Shown in pieces: positions 52,067 through 64,000 of a stretch of DNA of 64,000 nucleotides (its first letter is position 1; each line of letters begins with the position of its first letter). The DNA is taken from the NCBI GenBank assembly GCA_009914755.4, contig CP086569.2:2592001-2656000 (forward strand). Reading direction: 5' to 3'. Source of the stretch: the human T2T-CHM13v2.0 reference genome, Homo sapiens. The notes under the pieces were generated by a model, which was not told the origin of the DNA, made no database searches, and was given only the letters and a program-made list of their open reading frames with translations. The position numbers were made by a program, and so were the translations under genes.

Positions 52067-52680
52067 TGTTGTACAGCCATTGTGACAAAGTTTGGCAATT
52101 CCTGGAAAAGTTAAATTTACATAGGATTACCATATGACCCAGCAGCTCTCTTCTGGATATACCCAAGAGAACTGAAAACATATGTCCACAAAACAGTTTA
52201 TATATTGTACAAATGTTCATAGCATCATTATTCATAGTAGCCAAAGAGTAGCAACAACTTTAATATCTATCAGTTGAATTGATAAAATGTGGTATATCTG
52301 TCTAATGAAATATTATTTGATCATAAAAAGTAATGAAGCACTGATGAATGCCATAGCATGGATGAACTTTGAAAACATTGTGTCAAAGTGCAAGAAGTGG
52401 GTGCAGTATCTAGAATAGGTATGTATGTAAAGTCAAAAAGTATATTGTTGCCTAGTGTTCGTGGATAGTGTTGTGTGGAATAGGGAGTAGTAGCTAAATG
52501 GTACAGCGATTTCTTGTGAGGGTGATAGAAATTTTCTGCAATTAGTGGTGTTGCTTGCACAGCTCTGTGAATTTGCACAGCTGTCTGAAAACCCACTGGT
52601 TTGTATGCTTTACATACTATGCAATAGTAACTCATATTATGTGAATTTCCTCTCAGTGCCAAAAAAAAAAAATTGGAATC
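52066..52680 (+). mobile_element. Ancient L1M-family 3'-end fragment (+) with an A tail.
   Basis: ..cattgtgacaaagtttggcaattcctggaaaagttaaatttacataggattaccatatgacccagcagctctcttctggatatacccaagagaactgaaaacatatgtccacaaaa...gttcatagcatcattattcatagtagccaaagag...ataaaatgtggtatatc...gaactttgaaaacattgtgtcaaagtg.. ending in aaaaaaaaaaa. Confidence 0.7.
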
Positions 52681-52706
52681 TTTTAAGGCAATTCATTTTC
52701 TGCTAA

Positions 52707-53772
<1,066 letters not shown>

Positions 53773-56700
53773 TTGTTTTCATCTTTTATAGCAGGTGACA
53801 GTAGATAATATCTTTACAATATGATTCCTACCTATTATTTTTATCGTATTTTTCTTAGAGTATTTTAAAATCTTCTCTTGAATTAATAGACATTTAATTG
53901 ATCATCATTCATATAACAAATTGAATGTTAGATAGTTACTAAGGCTAGACAGTATTGTCAAGTCTTGAGATACATCAGTGCACAAAATAGAGATTCCTTT
54001 CTCTCATCATTGTGGACTTGTAGTATGGCTGTACCTGTATCAAATTATTTAAATGTATATTAGAATGTGTCTTGGGAAAGTAGAAGAGTTTAATCAAAAT
54101 GATTGTGAGTTTCAGAGATGGTCAAGGATGCCTTGCTGGAAGGATGACAGTTTGTCATAGACTTCAGTTTGAGTTGTATCATAAACTTCAAAAAGGAAAT
54201 GCATGTATTAATCTTAGTAGAGAGGACAGTGACAGTTTGCATCAAATGCAGCAACTTAGGCAAGTCAGATGAGGACTCAGAATTGGTCATGTATGTCTTT
54301 GGTGAACAGATTCAGTGAAATCATGGACAAAAGCTTGATGGAAGTATTAAATAAGTTTAGAGAAAGAATGTGCAATGAGAATCACTGGAGATATGAAACA
54401 GTTGCTTGCAGGAGAAGTGGGATCAAGAGGAGATGGAATTTTTGTTTGTTTTAGTGTTGTTTCAAGAGAAAAAGCTTATTTGTTTCCTGATGGGAGTGTT
54501 CCTTTACTGGGTGATAGATAAATTGATGGTTTAAGGGATAACTGCAAAAAAACAGAAAAGAGAAGGTATAATTTAGTGCTTATGTGGAGGTATTGTTTTT
54601 AAGTGGAAAGGAACACTGCTTGTCTGTGGCAGTGTGCAGGAAATACAAAGTTTGTGAATTAGTTGTTGACAGTAGGACAGATGTGGCAGACAGCAGATCA
54701 TCTTTTCTGTTTTGGGTTCTTCGTAAGGTGGGAAATAAGATCAACAGGCAGGCAGTATTGGAATTTTAAGAAAAATATGGCAAATAGCATCTACTCAAGA
54801 TTCATATTGTATATTTAAAGATGATGCTATCTACATCATGCTTTTTTTTTCTATCTAGACTTAGCTGCATAGATGTAGATGCTGACATAAATTATATCAG
54901 GCAGGTTTGTGGTTTTGCCAGCCAAGTATTATGAAATCAGTCAGGGGCATAGGAGTTGAAAAAATATGCAAGAGAACAGTTAGAATGACCAGCCATGGAA
55001 TTAAGCTGTTTTACTTGTTCAAATTGCTATAAAATTTTTGTTTAAAAGTAACATTTCAATTTTAATTTTAAACTTGTATTTGTCCTTTCTGTTCTTTTAC
55101 TTATATATATGCATTGAGAAATATCTGAATAATATTATTGTAAATTCTATTCATATTTCAGATGGTTTGTTTTTGAGCACTCTTTAATTTTTAAGTAGTT
55201 TCTTAAATATTAAAGTGGATCATCTCAAGAAAAAGCTATCTTTTAGGGCAAAGTTGAAGAAGCATAAGGGAATAAATAATAAAATAGTATTGTTTAAATT
55301 TGGGGCCCATGAGATATTGAGGACAATAATACTGTAAAGACCAAAGGAGTTTGGGCAGATTTTGGTTGCTAGACTGTGCAATTTGTATTTTACTTGGTAG
55401 GAAAAGGAGTGCTAGAGACTAGGGCTGGAGGGTAAAGTAACTGGATCTTTCTTTTAAGAAGACAGAAAATTGATACCAATTTTCTTGATACCATTGATAC
55501 CAATGTCAGGGTGTTTGGTTGGAAACCTTAGGAGAGAGAAATCAGGTAAACTGTTTGTTTCTGAGGTTGGTGGTAAATGAACTTTAACAACCTGGTTTTG
55601 AAAGATGAGACAATTTGAGTGGAGAGGCACAAGCCATGTTCTTGCATTGTAAGACTGCAAAGCAAAAGAATAGCAACGTTTTTATGATATTAATTTAGAC
55701 AAAATGCAGTCCAGTGGAAATCCAACATCCAATTTTTTTTGTCAGCAAAACTGTAATTCTTTTTCTGAGGAAAACAAAGAGAAGTGAGATAACATGACTA
55801 GCTAAAAATTAAGCTGTGAATTATAAAGACAGACATCCTTCTCATTTCCTCACCTCTCCCTTTCGTAGCTGATTGGCTTGTGTTATTACAGCAGGTTTTA
55901 CTAGCATTATTGGAATCTTTAACTCCCTAGCTTGTTTCATGCCCTTCCAATTACCTCTCCAGCTTTTACTACTTAGGTTAATTTGTGAATTCTTTCTTGC
56001 CCCTGCCTTAAATTGTAATCTCACTGGGACTGTGATTTTCTTTACACTCATGATTTCTTTACAGCTCATGATTTTCTTTACACTGCAGTTTGCTGATGGC
56101 TTCCAAATTGGTGTTGATCTTCAGCTTTCAGAGTTGAATATTCTGTAGGTGGCTTCATATGTCATTCATTCCGTCTTCTCAGTTTATTCTTAAATATGAC
56201 CCAACTCCAGCCTTTATCCCAATTTATACTACCTCTGTCCTGATTCAAGGCTTCATTATCTGTCACCTAAATGTACTTGAAGCTGTAGTGCCCTGCTTCA
56301 TTTCTTGATCTCTTCAAATCTGCTTTTTTATAAGGCCAGCAGGATGCTTTGGCAAAAATACTGATCTTAGTGACTGGTCTTTTTAAAAGCAGAAATTATC
56401 AGATCTCTGATAAGAATCCCCAAGAGTAGGATACCTTGAAGTCTATTTTGTATACAAGTTCATTCCATACCTGCAGATCTGGTTTTAATCAGATTGAGAA
56501 ACTTGCAGTCTACCAGAATTAAGTTTGAGCCCCTCTGCCTGGTGCATAAAGTCCTCCATGACCTGGTTTTGCTTTACCTGTAGTTCACATTTCCCACTAT
56601 GGCCTAATTTGCAGCAGTATTGAAGAACACACTCTCTTACTGTCCTGTCCCCCTACCTGCTGTATCCTTTGCATAGAATAAGTGCCATTCTCTTCCAGTC

Positions 56701-56948
56701 TACATAACGTACCTTCACTTTTTTTTGTGGCAGCTGTTATTGCACTTTGCAACATTTGCCAAAACGTTTCTGACTCCCCAGCCTGTTTTATAGTAACACT
56801 CATATGGACACCTTGAAAATTTATAAAATATTATTTCATTGGATGAGAAAATGAATCAATTTTAATAAAAATAATTTACACCAATGTTAACATTAAAGAT
56901 TGCACTAGAGTTCAAAATTAGTATATTTTTATGTTTAAAGAAATTTTA

Positions 56949-57240
56949 GGCCAAGTGCAGTGGCCTGAGCCTGTAATCCCAGCACTTTGGGAGACTGAGG
57001 CAAGTGGATCACTTGAGGTCGGGAAGTTCAAGACCAGCCTGGCTAATATGGCAAAACCCCATCTCTACTAAAAATGCAAAAATTAACAATGCTTGATGGC
57101 AATGCCTGTAATCGCAGCTATTTGGGAGGCAGAGGCAGGAGAGTCACTTGAACTTGGGAGTTGCCGTGAGCTGAGATAGCGCCAGTGCACTCCAGCCTGA
57201 GTAACTGAGACTCCTATCTCAAAAAAAAAAAAAAAAAAAA
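56949..57240 (+). mobile_element. Alu (+) with a 30-nt A tail.
   Basis: ggccaagtgcagtggcctgagcctgtaatcccagcactttgggagactgaggcaagtggatcacttgaggtcgggaagttcaagacc... Confidence 0.85.
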
Positions 57241-58225
57241 GAGAGATTTTAACTTTTTCTTCTAAGTAATCTTTTAAATTTACTTTAAGGAATCAGGTAG
57301 TGTCTAAGTGACATTTTGTTTTGAAGACAAGTGTATATTAAAATGTGATTTGCCAATGTTACTGTATCCAAAATAGACAAAAAAACTCTTTTCCCCATTG
57401 TTTTGGGTTCTTACATCTTGTGTTTAAGTAGTTAAGTTTTAGTTGCTTTTAGTAGCCCAGTGTTTCAAGTTCTCATATTGTAGGTTAAGTAGTTAGATTT
57501 TATAATATCCGTGTTTGTAACAAGGAGATGCTATTTGAAAGTAGTCCATAATTTCTAGTAAGAAACTAAATTATATCGTCATTGTATTTTTGTTTTTTTT
57601 ATGTTGGCTTTAGATAATTTTGATTAGACAAATATAGTTTTGGATCTTTTGAAGAACAAGACGGGGAATTTGAAAAGTATGCAGAGATTTCAAAATCTAA
57701 ATTCTGTGTTTATAAGCCACTGCTGAAAGTTAAGACTAAGAATTTAAAACCTAAAATAGTCAAAACTATTACCATTGCCTTTTGTAAGTAATGCTTATTG
57801 TAGTTGAGTTGTGAATACATTTATCTGCTCTACACTAATGAAAAACATCTTTTGTTATACTGTTCTTTATTTCTTACAAAAAATTATTATTGCCTCTAAC
57901 AATTTAAACTTAACAGCATTCTTCAAACACCAGAGGTTGATGGTGGTTTCTTGTGAATTACATGGATCAAGATTTGAATTCTGGTTTTGCCAGTTACTAG
58001 ATGTGTGACCTTAGATAAATCATTCAAGTTTTCTAAACTTCAGTTTGCTTTACTGTAAAATGTCGACAGTATTATAGCACTTCCTCATGGAGTTATGAGT
58101 ATTAAGTAATGCTTTCAGTAATCACTTAATAAAAAGTAACTACATTATTATGATCACATTTTAAAATAATCATCTGTTCACCTGTCTGCTTTTTCACTGA
58201 ATTACAAATTTCTTGGGTCCATTAC

Positions 58226-58509
58226 TTTTTTTTTTTTTTTTTGGAGACAGCCTTTCTCTGTTGCCCATGTTTGCGTGCAGTGGTGAGATCTTAGCTCACT
58301 GCAACCTCTGCCTCCTGGGTTTAAACGATTCTTGTGCCTCGGACTCCCAAGAAGCTGGGATTACAGGCATGTGTCATTATGCCCAGCTAATTTTTGTATT
58401 TTCAGTAGAAAACATGTTTTGCCATGTTGGCCAGGCTGGCCTCAAGCAATCCACTCACGTCCACCTCCCAAAGCCCTGGGATTACAGGTGTGAGTCACCA
58501 CGCCTGGCC
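58226..58509 (-). mobile_element. Alu (-).
   Basis: ttttttttttttttttggagacagcctttctctgttgcccatgtttgcgtgcagtggtgagatcttagctcactgcaacc... Confidence 0.8.
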
Positions 58510-59335
58510 TTGGGTCAGTTTCTTTTAAAGTTTGCACCTCTAATACTTGCCCAGAGTCTGATTGATAGTTGTGAATCATTGTTTAATTGACTTAAACATA
58601 AACATTTAGCCAAAAGGATAATGAAATATATTCAGCAGAGGATTACAAAAACAAAACTAAAATGGGAAAGGGGAAATGAAAAAACTTCTTGGGGTCCTCC
58701 TCCTCTGTGGTTGGTCTCTTGCTGTGTCATACTGACCAGGTGGGCCCAGAACAGAGAGAACATTACTTAGTGTTTCTCTAATGGACCAAACATTGAAAAA
58801 TCCAATTTTTGTGATAAATTAAATTGTACTATGTGCTATGTGTTCATTAGTCTGTGCCACACTTTCTGTTATGCTAAAGATAGTAGTCAGTGCCCACAGT
58901 GGTGTGTAGTGTAAGGTTACATTATATGGGGGTTGTATTTTTGGTATTTACTGCAATCCAGAATGTATTTTTTAAGACATTATTTTTTACTTTTGTTAAT
59001 TTTGAAGTCCCAAGCATAACACCACACTTGATTCCCTTACCGTGTAACACTTAAAAGTTTGTTGTAGATTCCCTGAGCCCACTGTTGGAAATCATATGTT
59101 CACTTTATCGGTAAGTAAGGATTCTTTTTTTTTTTTTTAATACATAAACATGAAACAGGCTGCCTTAAGTATTTAAGAAGATACTTAAGTATACATCTTA
59201 CTGTATTTGCCAGCAGTAGACCCAGACTCATTAGAACTCATATATATGTTTTGTGTGTGTGGTTTTTTTTAAAAATGCATGTGTGTGTAGTGTTAGGTTT
59301 GAACAGGTTAATATCAGAATTTACAACTATTTTTA

Positions 59336-60130
59336 TATTTATTTATTTATTTATTTATTTATTGAGACAGTTTCACTCTGTCATCCAGACTGGAGTACAG
59401 TGGTGCAATCTTGACTCACTGCAACCTCTGCCTCCCGGGTTCAAGTGATTTTCCTGCCTCAGCCTCCTGAGTAGCTGGTACTACAGGCTCCTGCCACCAT
59501 GCCCAACTCATTTTTTTGCATTTTTAGTGGAGACAGAGGTTTCACTATGTTGGCCAGGCTGGTCTCAAACTCCTGACCTCAGGTGATCCGCTGCATCGGC
59601 CTCCCAAAGTGCTGGGATTACAGACATGTGCCACCATGGCCAGCCAGAATTTATGTTTCTGACAACCATATTTTGATTTTTAAAAAGTTTATGATTCTCA
59701 TAGAACAGATAAGACAATTGTATTCAGAAGTACTGAATGTTAGGTAATGCTCATAAAATATATTAGGACTAGTGTGTACTGAATTTACTAGTAGGACATT
59801 ATTTTTCAGATCTTCAAGAACATTGGTAAGCTGGATGCAGTGGCTCAAGCTTGTAATCCCAGCATTTTGTGAGGCTGAGGTGGGAGGATTGCTTGAGCCC
59901 AAGAGTTGGAGATAAGCTAGAGAAAACCAGTGAGACCTTGTCTGTACAAAGAAATAAAAAAATTAGCTGAGCATGGTGGCATACGCCTTTTGTCCCAGCT
60001 ACTCAAGTAGGCTGAGACAGGAGGATTGTTTGAGTTCTGGAGGTCAAAGGTGCAGTGAACTATAATTGTGCCACTGTACTCTAGCCTGAATGACAGAAAA
60101 AGAAAAGACCCCATCTCAAAAAATAAAACA
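59336..60130. mobile_element. Two Alus just upstream of coding exon 60257: 59336-59645 (-), with an (ATTT)n head, and 59830-60130 (+, AluJ-like).
   Basis: atttatttatttatttatttattgagacagtttcactctgtcatccagactggagtacagtggtgcaatc... and ..gctggatgcagtggctcaagcttgtaatcccagcattttgtgaggctgaggtgggaggattgcttgagcccaagagttggag... Confidence 0.8.
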
Positions 60131-60256
60131 GAATACTTGTAATATTGTATGCTTTTACTTTATGATAAACAAAGATGACATATGTCCTTTCATTAGTTTT
60201 CTTAAGTTTTAAAGAATCTGCTGTTATGGTTGATGATATATTTTCTGCCTTTTCAG

Positions 60257-60406
60257 TGGATGATGCTGGCAAAATAGAACATGATGGTTCCACTGGAGTG
60301 ACCATCGATGCAGAATCAGAAATGGATCCTTGTAAAGTGGATAGCACTTGTCCTGAAGTCATCAAGGTGTACATTTTTAAAGCTGACCCTGGAGAAGATG
60401 ACTTAG
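60257..60406 (+). CDS. ZFY: ZFY coding exon (150 nt, phase 1-1). Encodes LDDAGKIEHDGSTGVTIDAESEMDPCKVDSTCPEVIKVYIFKADPGEDDL(G).
   Basis: Acceptor ttttctgccttttcag|TGGATGATGC and donor GACTTAG|gtaagagg. Joining to the previous exon restores S-L (TCG T|TG). Confidence 0.9.
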
Positions 60407-60672
60407 GTAAGAGGAAGCTGTCAGCATTTTATACATTGTCATCCAAATGTTTCAACCAAATGGTGTCAAAAAAAGTAAACAGGTTACTTTTTTTCATTGA
60501 TACTTAACATTTAGTTTAGGTTATTTAGATTGGAAAATTTGAACTCTTTTCCAAAGACAACTTTTAAGACATATTTTTGAGTTAGTAATATAAAAATACA
60601 CTAAAACGTGTAAGCAAAATATGTGAAAATGAACTCTCAAATAATTTTTGGAGCTTTCATATTCTCTGATAG

Positions 60673-60816
60673 GTGGAACTGTAGACATTGTGGAGAGTGA
60701 ACCTGAAAATGATCATGGAGTTGAACTACTTGATCAGAACAGCAGTATTCGTGTTCCCAGGGAAAAGATGGTTTATATGACTGTCAATGACTCTCAACAA
60801 GAAGATGAAGATTTAA
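60673..60816 (+). CDS. ZFY: ZFY coding exon (144 nt, phase 1-1). Encodes GTVDIVESEPENDHGVELLDQNSSIRVPREKMVYMTVNDSQQEDEDL(N).
   Basis: Acceptor attctctgatag|GTGGAACTG and donor GATTTAA|gtatgtgg. A short 266-bp intron separates it from the previous exon. Confidence 0.9.
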
Positions 60817-60837
60817 GTATGTGGCTTTTTAAAAAAA

Positions 60838-61570
<733 letters not shown>

Positions 61571-61831
61571 CAAGCTGTCGTCTTTTTTTTTAATGTAACC
61601 AATATTTGAAAAAAAATAAGCAGCGCTGTTGTAGAGATTACTGTGTTGCCGTATTCCAAGAATAGATATCAGTGACTATGTATGTTTTGATAGTTGCTTT
61701 ATAAACTAATTATGGTGAAAGCCAAGAAACGAATAATTCAACCAATGTTTATTTTTTCCTACTAATGAATTTTTTCTGTGTGATCTCTGTAAACCTAGTC
61801 ACAAAAAATTTTTTATTTATTTTGTGCTTAG

Positions 61832-61984
61832 ATGTTGCTGAAATTGCTGATGAAGTTTATATGGAAGTGATCGTAGGAGAGGAGGATGCTGCTGTTGCAG
61901 CAGCAGCAGCTGCTGTGCATGAGCAGCAAATTGATGAGGATGAAATGAAAACCTTCGTACCAATTGCATGGGCAGCAGCTTATG
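61832..61984 (+). CDS. ZFY: ZFY coding exon (153 nt, phase 1-1). Encodes NVAEIADEVYMEVIVGEEDAAVAAAAAAVHEQQIDEDEMKTFVPIAWAAAY(G). It contains the GCN-repeat poly-Ala tract.
   Basis: Acceptor ttttgtgcttag|ATGTTGCTG and donor GCTTATG|gtaactta. Confidence 0.9.
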
Positions 61985-62057
61985 GTAACTTACATAGAAG
62001 CCAGAAGGATTGAGTAGTTTTTGAACATTAATTCACTGTTGAAAGTGGTTTCTGTTG

Positions 62058-62972
<915 letters not shown>

Positions 62973-63101
62973 ATAAAAATAAATAAAGTAAGGACTTTCT
63001 GTCATTCATGAGTGTCAGGACTTCTTGTTGTTAATAAAGAATTCGTAATTCTTTAGAATTTATAATGTTGTGTAATTCTGTGTTTTAATGCACATTGTTA
63101 G

Positions 63102-63242
63102 GTAATAATTCTGATGGAATTGAAAACCGGAATGGCACTGCAAGTGCCCTCTTGCACATAGATGAGTCTGCTGGCCTTGGCAGACTGGCTAAACAGAAAC
63201 CAAAGAAAAAGAGAAGACCTGATTCCAGGCAGTACCAAACAG
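63102..63242 (+). CDS. ZFY: ZFY coding exon (141 nt, phase 1-1). Encodes [46 protein letters not shown](A). It contains the basic [13 protein letters not shown].
   Basis: Acceptor cacattgttag|GTAATAATTC and donor CAAACAG|gtgagttc. Confidence 0.9.
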
Positions 63243-63971
63243 GTGAGTTCCACAGGGGTGTTATGATGGAGTTTTAGCTAGTAGGCCACATGTATTTTTA
63301 TGTGTTGAATTTGAAAGAAAAAATTTCAAAATTCAGTGATATTCATGAATGGTTTTCTTGGATAAGAAGAAACAGTTGTGCATCAACCATTCAGGAAAAA
63401 GAATTAAAATCCTCTGGTGATTTTAGTGAAAAGGAAAATAAATTTCTAAAATGTTACCTAACTTTAAGTGAACGAAATTACATGGATCTACTTATACTAG
63501 CATAAAGCAGGTATAATTTACCGAGAAGTGGAAGAAGTACCTAGGTTATTTGTAGGACTGATTACTATCCTATGTTGTTTTGAATGCTGCTTTGCATATT
63601 AAAATTTATTTATAGGTGCAGTTAAGCTTTACTGTTTGCATATATTTGGCTTGGAGTCAGTCACCAAAGCAGAAATGCTGGACTTGATTTTTATGAGTTA
63701 TTTGCTACACATTTCTAAATTCATGTTCTTTTGTCACTGCTTGATTGATTTTTTTTTTTTAACTGGAGGGGGTGAGATTGGTTCATACTTAACCAAACCA
63801 GTTCTCTCGATTAGGACATTATTATAACTCTTAACATTGAAAAGCAGTAAAAGGAATGTTAATAATTTAAAAGTATTTGCCCACTAATGTTCAGAACACA
63901 AGCTTTAAAAAATTCATGAGGAGACCAGAAGTTTGATTAAGCACTCATACTGCTTTCTTTTCCTTTCTTAG

Positions 63972-64000
63972 CAATAATTATTGGCCCTGATGGTCATCCT
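63972..64000 (+). CDS. ZFY: Start of the terminal ZFY exon (continues beyond the window), encoding ...AIIIGPDGHP. The 13 C2H2 zinc fingers are expected in the remainder.
   Basis: Acceptor tcctttcttag|CAATAATTATTGGCCCTGATGGTCATCCT. The frame is continuous with exon 63102-63242 (G|CA gives Ala). Confidence 0.85.

Overview
This window is primate (human-type) genomic DNA, not a prokaryotic locus. It is saturated with Alu SINEs (over 45 copies or fragments), L1 LINE fragments, MaLR LTRs and simple repeats. The one host gene I can support is the Y-linked zinc-finger gene ZFY on the + strand.

ZFY layout:
- A 1.4 kb CpG-island promoter lies at about 20.1-21.5 kb.
- An 18 kb repeat-rich first intron follows.
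- Seven coding exons follow: 39100-39160, 46236-46808, 60257-60406, 60673-60816, 61832-61984, 63102-63242 and 63972 to beyond 64000.
- Their conceptual splice product reads [31 protein letters not shown] ... [27 protein letters not shown].
- That is the acidic activation domain and NLS of ZFY; the window ends at the start of the terminal zinc-finger exon.
- Every boundary has a canonical AG/GT and all internal coding exons are phase 1-1.

Upstream of the promoter (1-20 kb):
- Several L1 fragments, including one about 5 kb L1 with a twin-priming 5' inversion and a perfect 15-bp target-site duplication.
- MaLR LTRs.
- A NAP1L1 processed pseudogene on the minus strand, broken up by Alu insertions.

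Other notable points:
- Palindromic YY1-type motifs and a TGACG triplet sit in the CpG island.
- A zone of CpG non-depletion extends about 1.2 kb downstream of the island.
- A 7-codon uORF overlaps the ZFY start codon.
- An L1 3' fragment has inserted 14 bp into intron 5, duplicating the exon-5 splice donor.
- An AluY insertion carries a perfect target-site duplication.

No tRNA, rRNA, CRISPR or operon-like structures are present. I see no evidence of a novel biological system. The interest is in the regulatory and repeat architecture of a known sex-chromosome gene. All repeat coordinates are approximate (about ±10 bp).
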